A stretch of 57,638 nucleotides of DNA, the filler included, from Sphacelaria rigidula (lineage: Eukaryota): NCBI GenBank assembly GCA_964200075.2. It is 9 parts of 9 records of this genome, joined end to end, with 100 filler letters (N's around TTAATTAATTAA, not from the genome) between each part and the next. Parts side by side here need not be neighbours in the genome. Positions count along the whole stretch, not along the records: positions 6,417 to 12,732 come from CAXNAA020020821.1; positions 12,833 to 19,148 come from CAXNAA020020822.1; positions 19,249 to 25,563 come from CAXNAA020020823.1; 6 more parts are not named here. One strand, given 5' to 3'. Under the pieces are notes generated by a model, which was not told the origin of the DNA, did no database searches, and saw only the letters and a program-made list of their open reading frames with translations. The first letter of the stretch is position 1; each line of letters starts with the position of its first letter. Shown piece after piece: positions 11,356-23,611 of this stretch. A program made the position numbers and the translations under genes.

Positions 11356-14155
11356 GGGGGCGCCAAGCGCTGGTTTTGGCGGATCAACCCTTGGACTGAC
11401 AAGTGTCTGACAAGTCTTGTATTGTCTGCTGCAGGGGGTATATATATATATATATATACATGAATATATATATATATATATATATAAAGAGTTTCGGCGT
11501 CTTCGCCGCCACGATCAGTGGATTGACAACCAAAATACATGAGCACCGGTGATAGCTGTGTGCGTTGCGTAAAAATGATGCTGGTTCCACAAATGACGAT
11601 TTATCACAGGTGAACCTAGAAAACGCATTGCCATCGCAAGAACAAAAACAGACAGCTCGAGTCGTAGCTGCTTATCACCTACCCTGTGCGTGCCCTTGCA
11701 TTAATCTGATCAGAATTCAACGAGAAACGACGTTCTGCGTAAGACGCGCACGAACCGATAGTAATTGCGTGCGTTGCGTAGTGGCACAGTTCATACTTGG
11801 AAGAAAACGCCGTAGCTGCCCATCGGCTGAGCACCTTGTTCGTCGTCCTTGCACCCCTCTCTTTAGAATCCAGTGAGAAACAATCCGAAAAACGCCCCGA
11901 CGCCATGCAGAGCACAGTGTTGAGGGCACTTGTACTCCAGACCCAAGGAGACGCAGAACGCATTCGTTGTGCCCAGCGAAAGGCAAGCAAAGAGGTATCA
12001 GCGAAAGCGTGTACTCTAAAATCAAGCACAGACCCACGCATCAAAGCACGCTCGAGGCGTTCGATGCAAAGCGGTGTCATGATTAACGTCGTGTTCTGAT
12101 CGTCAAATAATAATGATGCCGATTCCACCGATGAGCGGTCAAGATCGATGACGTTCCCCCTGACGGTCGAAAAGTTCACTGAGACGTGAAGACAGGAAGC
12201 TCATGGCAGCGCAAGCCCTGATGCCATGTAAAACACAGCTCCAAGGGCATGTAGGACACAGTGTAGGAAGTAAATGTAGTCTATACCCAAGCAGAAACAG
12301 AACGCACCCTAATGTCCAGCGAAAAAGTGTAGTCTCGAATCAATTGAAGAAGAAATGCTGGCTTCTCAGAGCTTCATAAAACGAAATCACCACAAAACGT
12401 ATGTACTCTAAAACCAAGTGAAATAATACAGCAAAAGTGTACCTGTCTGCAGGGATCGAATATCAGAACAGTTGTAACCGACACAATTTTCATCTCTATA
12501 TTTATGTGGGTCACAAGTAAGTCGCGAAATATTCGCCTTGATTAGAACACTAATGTGGATGGAAAATAACCGGTGCTACGGTACTATGCTGTACTCTATT
12601 GTAGTGTGCCTTCGGAGTAAAAAGAAGGGTGACTTGAAGTTGTCTATTTTTTTTTTTTTTTACATCCTACGCAACCACTCTACCGTGTTCTGTCTTTCTT
12701 TTCTCTTTGTATTTTGCTCTTCGGTACGTTGTNNNNNNNNNNNNNNNNNNNNNNNNNNNNNNNNNNNNNNNNNNNNTTAATTAATTAANNNNNNNNNNNN
12801 NNNNNNNNNNNNNNNNNNNNNNNNNNNNNNNNTTTGATTTGAGTGATGCACAAGGTTTGTGTTAACAAGTACCGAAGCTCTTGAAAGAGTAGGGCGGCGC
12901 GTGCACTGCGCCCAGTTGATACGGGGTTCCAGTGGGCTCAGCTCCCACACTACCTCGGGCAAGGCCTTCCGAACACTCGAGGTGCCTACCCCACATAACT
13001 GCCACGCACGCGGTGGTCTCGCCGAACCTCCGGGTAATCGGCCCACGAACCCTTTCGCGAGATAGAGTGTTGGGTGAGGTTTCCTCCTTCCCTCAAGGTG
13101 AGAAACAAGGCTTATGGACAAGGGAGTGGCCTTCTTCGGGTGACAGAGTCGAGCACGTGCAAGCCAGCGAGCTTGGGCCATTGTCCGAAACAAAAGGCAG
13201 ACATGGTGTATACTGTACATTATATCCTCGTGCTATCCACATGTGAGACTTGCTCGGCACGAGGATTTGCCGCGAAAGTTACCTCGCACTTGCTCGCCTC
13301 ATTGTGCTGAAGATTCCTATGTAGCGTTCGAGCTCTGTGACGTTGCCACGTGACGTGATTCGCTCGCAGGAAATCAACCCTTGAGCAGCCTTGTCCTACC
13401 AATGATAAAGAAGCGCGTCCGAGGGTAGTCGTTGGCCGATATCACCCACGCCATCAGGAAATAATATTACATATTACACTTAGAAAGTCCGTGTCACTTG
13501 ATGGCGCTGTACGTTATCCATCCTCACCCACGGTCAAGCGGATATTGGTTGCTAGCCCAGTACGGTTTGTGGGACAAATCACCGTTTTGGGTACAAATGG
13601 CAGCTTCAAATCACCGGTCCTGACCCGGACCTACCAGGGGGCAAGCCAGTGCACAGAATCACCGCACGAACGACCGGAATAAACGAAAAACAAAGAGCTT
13701 CACAACAAACTCTCGAGTTATGTATGAAGGATCCATATCTTTGGTCGAAAGGGAAGCTTTCCCACCGTCTTTCCAGCCAATGTTGAAACATACAACGGCG
13801 TTTGCCATTTCGTTTTGCTTCCTTCTGTTTTTGCACGGTCTCGCTCCATAGAACCATGCGAAAGGGGCATGCAGTTTATTCCGTCGGCATTGTTGTGGAG
13901 CCGCTATGATACTATGAATAGTTGTCAGCAGCCTGGTGTTTTTCGTTTCTCCTCTCTCTTGTTCTCTTTTGTTTCGTGTTTGCTCTACGGTTTCCTCTTT
14001 ATGTTCTTTTTCTCTTTGTTATTCCCCCATTCCCCCATTTCTTGAGTTCTCTTCAGCAGGTGTTTACGTTTATTCATCCTGGGCATATCTATCGTGTGAC
14101 CACAGCTGGAGTCATTGCAGATCATTTATGAAAAAACAAGTCGAGTGAACGGGGG

Positions 14156-14231
14156 GGGGGGAGGGGGGTACTCATTTGTTGCTTGACTCAGCCGTTTGAC
14201 CATTAACCACGCATCCCTTTTGAGACGGAGC
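14156..14231 (-). mobile_element. ~65-bp LINE-3'-end element (copy 3) with extra G-run
   Basis: Same core; direct repeat gaacggggg at 14147-14155 / 14233-14241, plus ~13 extra G-rich bases at the element's 3' end. Confidence 0.83.
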
Positions 14232-14303
14232 AGAACGGGGGCGAGACGAATGCGTACGAATAACGGCGACAAAAAGCATCGTCCCGGCGTGGGAGAAACA
14301 TGG

Positions 14304-14341
<38 letters not shown>

Positions 14342-14349
14342 GCATATGT

Positions 14350-17300
14350 CCCCCTCATCTACGCTACGCTACTCTGCGACGATACGTTGGAAGCGCGCCA
14401 GTTGGTCTTGCAAGTGGGAAGCGATAGATCGTCGCCATCCTCTCACAACCGTGTCCCGCCCCGGCTTTTCACGTTTCGGGATACCACAGAACCTGCCGGA
14501 ACGGGAGCGGACAAGACTGGCCTCCGGCACGTTCCTCTTCTGCACGCACACCCGGGAAATACTGAAGCGCGAGGGCGTGCAATTTTTGGCCGACGCCGCA
14601 AAGCTAGGAGATGACGTCGAGGTAGAAGAGTCGTGGATGATGGAACTTGGTGGCAGGGCGCAGGTATGCACAGCAGAGGTCAAGGTCATACAGTATCGTT
14701 TCATGACATACTGAGCGGAGTAAAACCGCATATCCTTTTCACCAGTGTATTTTCTGCAGCAAACGTTCTCATGTTTAGGAGTACGTTTGCCAAAGTTTGT
14801 GCATATTCCGGAAAGTCGTCGCTTTAACTGTGTGAGTTTACTTCGTCTGTCAGCGAATGATGACGCGTATATGAACCGCATGGCCAGGATGATGGTAACA
14901 CAACAACCAACACTCAATAATGCGCAGTTGGGCTCGAGTTATTCCCGATTGTCTCCTCCTTCAGCGTGCAGCTGTCGCAGTCAAGTCCCCCCAGGTTGTG
15001 ACTGAGCTGTGCACGCGAGAAGCGCAATCTTTGCATCATTGGAGACAACCGGTCCAATCTTTTCGGCATCATTGAATGGCCTGATGTATTCATTTGGGTA
15101 GGAATCTAGCAATGAAAGAGTGGCCATTTCGTGTGTGATGGGCCTTGTCCATGCCTTGTGAGTTCGAAAAGAATAAAGCACAAGCTACGCGAGCTTCGGG
15201 GGCTGTCCATTCCATCTTGGCGAGAGAATCGTGAGTAAGTCGGACGCTTGGTTTCATGTACGTATATGTTCAGCACTAGATCTATCCTCGGCGCAGCTAT
15301 TTCGGTCCGTATGTGTTGTTTACATGCCATGTACTGAAATTCCTGTAGAGCGCATTCATCGTTTCGGGCTTGTTTTTGCTTGCTTCGGTTTTGGTGCTCG
15401 TTTGCTTTCAAGGATTTTGCAACCGGAGGACAACTCATGCCCTTCGTGATCAGAGTCAATCTCAAAAGTACAGCACCAAAACACGCTTGGTGCACCGCCC
15501 ATCCTTTCGCCTTCGCCCGACATTTGCTGAATGATGACGTGCGCACAGTTCACCCGGATGATGTACGTCGATGCCACAAAGGACGAAAAGGTTCTCCGAC
15601 TGACGGAGAACAAAGGGTTACTCGTCAAGCAACTCAGAGATGTAGGCAGAATTTGTGTGCGTTTTAGCTGAAGGGTTCTCCGCCAAGCTCGTTGTATATG
15701 ACCGCAATTTTCAACTCTTCTCCTGCGATAAGTTTAACTGGTTCAAAGACGTTTCAGAGCTCGGCGTGGGGTTTAGTTTCCCTTTCTTCTGCCGCCGCTT
15801 CATCCTATATTTTTTTGTCTGGGTACTAGACCCTCGTGTAATCACCACCAGATTAGAGCTAGAGGACAAGAGGACTGGGGCTAGGGAATGCTCAAGATTT
15901 ATGCGCTTGAGTTTGCTTATGCTGGTCTTTGGTTTCACGTCCCGCGCTGTCGGATCCCTCTCCCGACCTCCCCAGCTCATTATCCCCGTACTATGTCCCT
16001 CCGGTCCGTACACTTCAGACCCGGCGGACGTGAAGCTTTCATTGTCAGCTTCGAGTATGAACATCAACTTGTACATGGTATAGGAGAATGGATTTCACGG
16101 ATCTCGATGGTCACATCGTTCCCGTACGTTCATGACCAGTCCAAACGTCCACAGTCACCAGTTAACAATTACATCTCCGGCCTGTGTCTGACATTCGTGC
16201 CCGGTGCCACATCACCCTCGCCGTGTTGCACTGCCGTTCAAAATCCTACCAGCGGACCGATGAGTTGGCGAATCAGCGCTTTGTCAACGAGATGAAGGCT
16301 TTCATCAAGTGAGTCGTGTACCCTTCTGCAACATGCACAGTACGGGTTTTGCTGTATCGCACAGGCGCGGTGATCCGTATTTCAACAGCGATATGTATTT
16401 CTCGAGGGAACACCGATTCTTCCCCACCAGATCTCACACCCCCGCCAGAGGCAAAAAGTGTAGACTTGATCGCTGTAAGCACTTCACTTGAAGAAGCGAA
16501 GTGGCCACCGCAATTTCGACAGAGAGGCGACGTGGAAACTCTTTGCCCACACCGCAACACGACTAGCCATATCCTTGAACGGATACTTCAGGCCTCACAC
16601 ATTTGAATTGTGACGCCCTTCCCCCCAGTTTCGGTATTTGCTGGTACTCAGGGGTGGTACGGTATTGCTGTAGTGCTGAACAGCTGCATATATGTTGCTG
16701 TACAGTATAGACCCCTCATGTAAAATGTTCCCAGCTTGTCGCGCGTGATGCTGGTCGCGTCAGAAGTTCGCTGAGTGGACCAAACATCTATGGCATGTAT
16801 ACAACTGGCGTGTGCGCTTCCACGAGATCGCTCACTGCTATTTCACAGACAGCTGTCAGTACATGGCGCCCCGGTACTTCCGTCCTCCTACCTTCCCCCC
16901 CCCTCCTCCCTATTTCTTCCACGTTCATCTTTTTTTTTGTCCTTGCGTGATGCCGCAGAATTAACAACGGGCACTTGAACATCATCCCCGTGTACTCCAT
17001 GGATCACTTGAGCCACACCATCGTCACGCATCGGGCCCACAGTACTCTTTACCTGAAGTTGAGAAATGGCATCTGGGATGTCGCGATGGCGCGTCGGATG
17101 AGGTGTGTTGATGGTGTATTCTTCGCATTCGTATCATAGCTTGGCTGTATAGCATAGCGCCAGGGCGTTCTTGGTAGTTCGTCCTGTTACAGCACATCGA
17201 ACTGTACCTAAAATATCGCCGCTCTCTGTTTCCATGTCGCTGTTGAAGTGTTGCACCTCGGTCTCTCAAGGTCTGCGAGACAGTACCAATACTTGCGCGT

Positions 17301-17915
17301 GAACTAGACATTCTGCTAGCAAGTGAGTTGTTCTCGGACTTCGAATGGTTGAAAGAGGGAGCTAGACGGTTGGGATTTTTTCGGAAGATGAAGAGTTGAT
17401 CAATGCTGCATGTTCATGCCGTCGTTGGCAGCAGCCTGCCTCTCCAAACCACCACGGGTACCGTACTCAAGTGCCCTTCTTTCCGACAACCCGGACCACC
17501 GACATAACATAATAAGCTCAGCGGGTGGACCGTTGTTCATCTGCGCGATCGTTGATACGTACTGTTTTACATCATCGTTGATTTGCTGAAAACGAACACA
17601 GAGGGGCTCTGTAGGGTCGGGCTGCCCGCCCTCCCTGGATCAGCTAATTAAAACAAGGGCCGAGCCAAACGTCAAAAGCATATTACGTGACTGCGCTTAC
17701 TCTAGTACATGACGGCGCTAGCAGCGATTTGTTCCTAACGGGATAGCATTTCGATCGGTGTTCGTTTGCTACCAGGCTGATGGCGCAGGGACTATCAGCC
17801 CTTAATTTCCTACACAAAGAAAGGCGGTTGGCGCACGGGGACTTCAAACCCCAAAATATCGCCATGAACGAAGCCATGTCGCTTATATGGCTACAGGATT
17901 TCCGGGCTGCAGGCG
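14350..17915 (+). pseudogene. Degenerate multi-exon gene ending in a protein kinase domain (possible Crinkler/FunK1-like architecture)
   Basis: Series of GT-donor-bounded coding-like segments with short gaps (e.g. 16253-16308 RTDELANQRFVNEMKAFI; ~17270-17322 PILARELDILLA), with stops and frameshifts, followed by a clear kinase exon. Confidence 0.45.
17776..17915 (+). CDS. Protein kinase exon, subdomains VIa-VII (non-RD; DFG altered to DFR)
   Basis: cag acceptor and gtgag donor; translation LMAQGLSALNFLHKERRLAHGDFKPQNIAMNEAMSLIWLQDFRAAG has the HxDxKPxN catalytic loop. Confidence 0.8.
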
Positions 17916-18049
17916 GTGAGCTCCTGCTTCGAGTTCCTCGAGTAGAGTAAGCCGTATATATGTGTGTATATTTGTGTACTGCCACGGAACACTGCTGACT
18001 CTTGCCCTTGTAAAATAGAGAACACTCTTCAAGCATAAAGTGATAGCAT

Positions 18050-18300
18050 GGCACTTTCTACGATAGCCCCCCCCCCAAAACCTGCTAAAAGTGTAACGAA
18101 AACAACGGCCATACAGCGCCTGATGTTCGGGTTCAGGCTGCATGAAGCGCCTTATAATGGCGACATTGGCTAGAATGAACCCAAGCGTGGGAATTCCCAG
18201 CTTCTCGGTTACTCCGGCTTTTTCCATTTCAATTTACGTGAAGATTTTGCCTCCCAAAACCATACACTTGTGTGTGGGGGGGGCTATCGTAGAAAGTGTC
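18050..18300. mobile_element. MITE, CGATAGC-C-run TIR family (copy A)
   Basis: TIR cactttctacgatagcccccccc / ggggggggctatcgtagaaagtg; 4-bp direct flanks gcat/gcat; interior homologous to 47915-48173. Confidence 0.85.
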
Positions 18301-21149
18301 GCATGCATTCGGTAACCGTCTGAGAGACCATGGACAAAAACAGAAATATCACTTTGGACAATGGACACAACAGTATTCCATTGCTTCGATAGTAGATGCG
18401 GAGGGTAAACCTATCGATATTTGTTGTCGAGCACAAAAGATCGTGGAGCACATCTGTTGATATGTATTGCGAGCGACAATAGATGCCCAAAGCGCCGATC
18501 AGTAGTGTATTGCAATTACAGTACATTTAGATCGCTGGCCATCGACGGACATCGTACACCGTAATAGATCCTGGTATGTATCTATCGATAGCCATTGCCG
18601 TCATCACTATATCTGGTGAACAGCGTAGCGATAGCCTTTGTCCCCAATAACAATGTATTTGGGGGTATCTATCGGTAGTCATTTCCGTCAGCAATGGGTT
18701 CTTGTAGGGAGCACGCATCGATGGCCCATGACGCCAACAAAAGATTTTGTACGTATATTGCTCACTGGAGTGGTCTTGCGGCATCAACGGCAATGATCCT
18801 TACACACGAACATGCAACTACCTGAGGCGATAGCTGGCGATAGCTCGTGTGGAATAAGGTGGAAACATCCACGGAGAAATTTGTATCGATAGATAGCTCT
18901 TGATCGACGCCATTCAGTTGCTATTGTGGGTACCACTATATATATATATATATTACTGACCGCGATTCGGATCGTAGTCGTGACCAGCGATAGACATTGG
19001 TGGGCGCGGTTCATGTTCCAATGTCACCAGCAATAGACATTGGTGGGAGCTTTTTGGATTCTATTCTAATCGGCAGAATATTATGTTGGTGCACACGTGG
19101 CCAATCGGCTCCCATCCAGCGTAATATAGTTTCAACCCTCAAAATATTNNNNNNNNNNNNNNNNNNNNNNNNNNNNNNNNNNNNNNNNNNNNTTAATTAA
19201 TTAANNNNNNNNNNNNNNNNNNNNNNNNNNNNNNNNNNNNNNNNNNNNGGCAGCTTCGCGGGTCGGGCGACGGAGGCTGGTGCCCCGGGAAAATGCATAG
19301 AGCCTCGTTTTATCCGCGGTCGACGTTTTTCCCCTCCTTCGAGCAATCAGGCCCCATAAACCGTAGATGTGGTGATTCGCGAGCCGATGCGATGGTTCTT
19401 TCAATCCTTGTAAGGTCGGGCGAACATCTTCCACGGCATTGCGTAGTCGGTGCTTTGGTTTTGATCGATTTGGTGTACGTATCTACGCATTTGATTGTTC
19501 GGTTGATGGTTTGGGTTTGGTTTGGTTTGGTTTGGTTTGGACTGGTCCGATCTGGCTTGACTTGCTTGATTTTGATTTTGATTTGATTTGGCACGAGTCT
19601 ATTTGATTGATCAATACTGTGAAACTGGTAGGATTGGTTGCCTCTGGTCTGTGTGCACTTGTGAGGTGTTTGATGTGGCCGTGGCGCGCTTCCCCGCAGT
19701 GCACCGTTTTATAGCGGAGCAAGGCAATTGTCGCGAGAGATCGTCATGGGTTGAGGAGACGACGTACCCGAGTGGGGTGCTGCATCGCCGTGCTTTTCAT
19801 TACTCATTCAGATGATTCCCGGACCGTTACTGTCGGTACTTTGTACTGACTCGTACTGGCTCCTACTGGCTCCTACCAGGCTAGTTGACTACATGCCGGA
19901 GAATCTACGTCTGAAATCTATGTTCAGCACACAATCTGCACATGGTCAACTGATCCGCTGCAAGTACGAGTTCCAGTCATTGTTGCGCAAGACGGACGTG
20001 ACCAGGGTAAAAAATACAGGAATAATAAAAAAAACTGCCCCAAGGAAACTCGAGTAGAAGCACTACATGACGTACAAACGGAAGATGACAGAAGGAAGCT
20101 GTATGTGATTGAACTTTGGACTTGATAACCCATATCTAGATACACATACATATATACACACATCACATAAATACGCATACTCACAGCATTCGTTTCCCGA
20201 CGTGAATCTGCGTGCGAGTCTCTCGCCATGTATTCAGCGCATCTAGCAGAACTACCGCGTCCCACCAGAGGGTATGGATCCGGTCATTTTCCAGAGTGGC
20301 CTACTTTGCAGACCCTGGACAAAATATGGCCCGACCATCGAAAAGGTACATACTGTGCGAGCCTACAATGCTGCTCACAGCATGTACGGCCAAGTCCTTC
20401 ACCGTCAACGCCACTCCGTGGTATGATGCGCACTGCTTATTTTCAACGCGCCGCTGTACTTGCTCTTGTCGCGCGTCTGTGGATCAAGCTGATTTACGTG
20501 CAAATGGCCGCACCCTGTATACGTCCAATAGATTACATCGTCACAAGTGTACAGCGTACAGAGAATTGATTATTGCGCATATTGTCTATAGACTCCATAC
20601 TTCACCCAGTACGTTTCTGACAACGTGATCCATTGTCCAGGGTGTGCAAATGGTCCTGGTGTCGGCGCTTGTTTTACACACTTTTGCACTATGCTGTGCC
20701 GGGAGCGACGGCCGTCAAAGAGGCTTGGTTATCTGCGGTCGATTTGTGCACGGTCAGTCTACGACGTCAAATTGATGCGGCGTGTAGGCTTGTCCGACTA
20801 TTTGGATATAGTGCGGTTTTTTTCGCTCGACGTTTGAGAGTTGAAAACTGGAATTTCGAGGAGAGGTGCACATCAACCATTCGAAGAACATGATTTCTTT
20901 CTTCTTTTTTCATCTTCGGGGCTAGGTCCATTTGACTGAATTTCCGAAAAGAAAATCCGCCCCCTTTGTTGAGACTCGAAAAGGGCTTTAGTCCAATGAT
21001 GACCTTTAAATTATCGATGTGCACCTCTCCACGAAATTTCAGATCTTATCTCTCAAAATCTCGTGGCGCAATGCCACAGATGGTGTAGATTCTCAAGCAC
21101 GTGGACACCCCATCCATTGTTTTTGTAGACATTTTTACTCACTGTTTGT

Positions 21150-21950
21150 TTCGGCCGTAAACCTTCGAACGGCAACGTGTGAAGAGCCGAAGCAGCTATC
21201 TTTGTTGTCACCTAGATGTCAGCTGCACATCCACCGTTTTTTCAGCTCAGTTAGACAAAAATTATGTGTACTGTATCTTGGCCACAAACGGGTACTGCTT
21301 GATACCAATGTTGTTAAAAAAGTGTGAAAGGATGAAAGTGCTGGGATGGTCGATGAAAGTGGCCAGATGACGGGATCAGAGCGCGCCGCCCACGCCAGGT
21401 TGGCTATACGGTTGCATGAATCCTACTTGTGTAATACTCTGCTGCTGTTCGTCCTATATGCGCCGGAGCCACTTTTTTGGGGGTGACTTAGTGGGGCCGG
21501 CCTGTATTTGTGAACGATTCGCGATTCCCCTGGAAAATCCAGATCAGTACTGGGAAACATGGACAGCGTTCGCGCTACATTGTTTCCGCAACTTGAATCC
21601 GCACCACTGGCAACCACTTGGTCGCGACCCCATCCCGACTATTATACTCGTAGCGACCCCACCTAGGTCGCAACACATCGCATCTCAACACGCAGGCACA
21701 GACAACGGGCTCCTATACCCGAACATCAGGTGGCCCCGTTAACCCTTAGACCGCCGAGGGTAGTCCATCTGGATCATGCATACTTTTTTCAAGTAGAATT
21801 GATGCCCATTCAACACACGGCCTATTCTCACCGTGTAAGAGATAAGGTCGCGGGGCTTCTGCTTGAAATTTCGAGTTCGGAGGCTGGCGTTGTCTTCGGA
21901 AGCGGTCTTGTAGGCGTCTTTCAATAGTTTCAGTTTCAAAAATAGTCCCA
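21150..21950 (-). mobile_element. Probable hAT transposase remnant
   Basis: Minus strand has PRWG (TRW-like, ~21660) and HFFNNIGIKQYPFVAKI (~21270-21325), resembling the hAT C-terminal dimerisation domain; many stops. Confidence 0.4.
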
Positions 21951-21964
21951 ACGCTGCAAAGATG

Positions 21965-22390
21965 CTCCCCGTATCCCGTGCGGCGCTAGTATCCAGTAAA
22001 GTATATCACCCGTACCCGTGTACTGGGCATGGCCAGTATCCACCCATATGCGACGGCAAAAATACCCAGTATACGTCAGTATCCATCACTATGAGGCTGT
22101 GAAATACCCAGTATCACAAGTATCCGCCAGTATCAGGGGGCGAAAATATCCAGTATCACAAGTATCCGCCAGTATGCGGATGCGAAATACGCAGTATCGC
22201 CAGTATCCACCAGTATTAGGAGGCAAAAATGCCCAGTATCCGCCAGTATGAGGCTGCAAAATACGCAGTATCACCAGTATCCATCAGTATGAGATGAGGA
22301 ATCATGGGGCACGTACGGATACGGGCCAGTACGGAAATTCATATGGGCCAGTTTGGAATCCGTACGGGCCATACGAGCTTGGCTAGTCTT
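21965..22390. repeat. CCAGTAT-rich subterminal repeat array of a DNA transposon/MITE (related arrays ~48650-48730 and ~49465-49620)
   Basis: Many imperfect ~38-bp units such as aaaatacccagtatcacaagtatccgccagtat. Confidence 0.7.
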
Positions 22391-23084
22391 CAATGGGTGG
22401 TTTTCTCGCTCAGGCGACGCACGGCGCGATATTTGAAGTTGGACGCTGAAATTTTGACAGCAGCTTTTTATGATCAACATGCAGAATATCACGTGAGCAG
22501 GAAAGAGGAGAAGAAAAAACAGGAAGTTATGGGATTTGAAAATTCAGAAAAAACAAGATGACGTCATAAATCCAGGAAAAATGAGAATCTGCAGCTGCTC
22601 ACGAGACGTATCATTTCCTTGGGTGCAGAAGGTCTTCGTGAGGTTTCAGCTCAAGAGTCGTCGAATTCGGCCGTGCGTGAAACGTTTTGCGTGACGCTGC
22701 TTGCTGCTCCGCACGAATACCCAGTGCGGGGTGATTGCCGAAGTGAACCCACCGCATTTAAAAAAAAACACTCCGACACGCTATTGCCCAACTATATGAG
22801 GCGCACCCCGTACTCTATGCAGTACAATAACGTCATCGGCAATACGACGCCAATCGAACAGCGACGCAGTCCTTTGTCATCAGGTGGGTCCGCACTTCAC
22901 AGTACAGTGATATGCTTACATCGGGTTCATGCGGGAAACTGGGAAAGCTGTGGTGTGAGCAACTTGTAGCCGCTTCTAAGCTCGCCTAGCCCGTACTGGT
23001 ACGGGTCATACAGGGAGTATCGTTGCAACGTCGTTGTCGAAGCCGACTTCAGTAGGATAATGCTTACGTCGAGCCCACACATCT

Positions 23085-23157
23085 GGGGGTATAGCTCAGG
23101 GGTTAGAGTGTTCGCTTTGCATGCGAAATGTCGGGGGTTCAAATCCCCCTTCCTCCA
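23085..23157 (+). tRNA. trnA-UGC: tRNA-Ala (anticodon UGC)
   Basis: 73-nt cloverleaf: acceptor GGGGGTA/TTCCTCC with G3:U70 and one T-T mismatch; D stem GCTC/GAGT; anticodon stem TTCGC/GCGAA with TGC; T arm GGGGG-TTCAAAT-CCCCC; followed by TTTTT. Confidence 0.88.
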
Positions 23158-23415
23158 TTTTTGCCCTCGAGCCCCTCTGGTTAAATTGATACGTGTTTAG
23201 CCCTAGTTGTTGGCAACTCCAGGGTTCAACTCCTGCCAAATACGTGTTTTTTTTTTCTTAGAACAAAATACTGGTGTCAGACACTGAATTCTGCACGGGT
23301 TGAACGACGAAGATTTTTTTTCGAGAGTCTCGAAGCGATGCGGGAGTGGTAGTTCGATTCTCGAAACCAAATTTCAGGCAGGTGCATGCCGGGAGAGGGA
23401 TGTGTTGACATCTTG

Positions 23416-23611
23416 CACACCCTGGTCAATAGATTACATTGCCAAAAAGTGTACTGCGTACTGTATACACTAATGAGTCTATCGCATTAGACAATAGATT
23501 CCACTCTGTATGTTGCGCACATTGGAGACAAATGCGTCTATTTCGATAGACAAAATTTCCACACTGTACGCGGTACACTTTTAGACACTGTAACCTTTTG
23601 TCCAGGATGTG
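23416..23611. mobile_element. MITE, CACACCCTGGACAAT TIR family (other members ~33403, 43760-44048, 44676-44804, 49653-50137, 50437-50584)
   Basis: cacaccctggtcaatag ... ttttgtccaggatgtg; members share gtactgcgta/caatag internal motifs. Confidence 0.75.

Noticed and set aside
14196..14714. Poly-Leu 'signal peptide/TM' ORF
   Set aside because: The Leu run is a (GTT)n microsatellite at ~14303-14342 and the ORF start lies inside the LINE-tip repeat.
19950..20900. Possible piggyBac C-terminal remnant (AYN motif, Cys-rich tail)
   Set aside because: Too degenerate; catalytic motifs are not identifiable.
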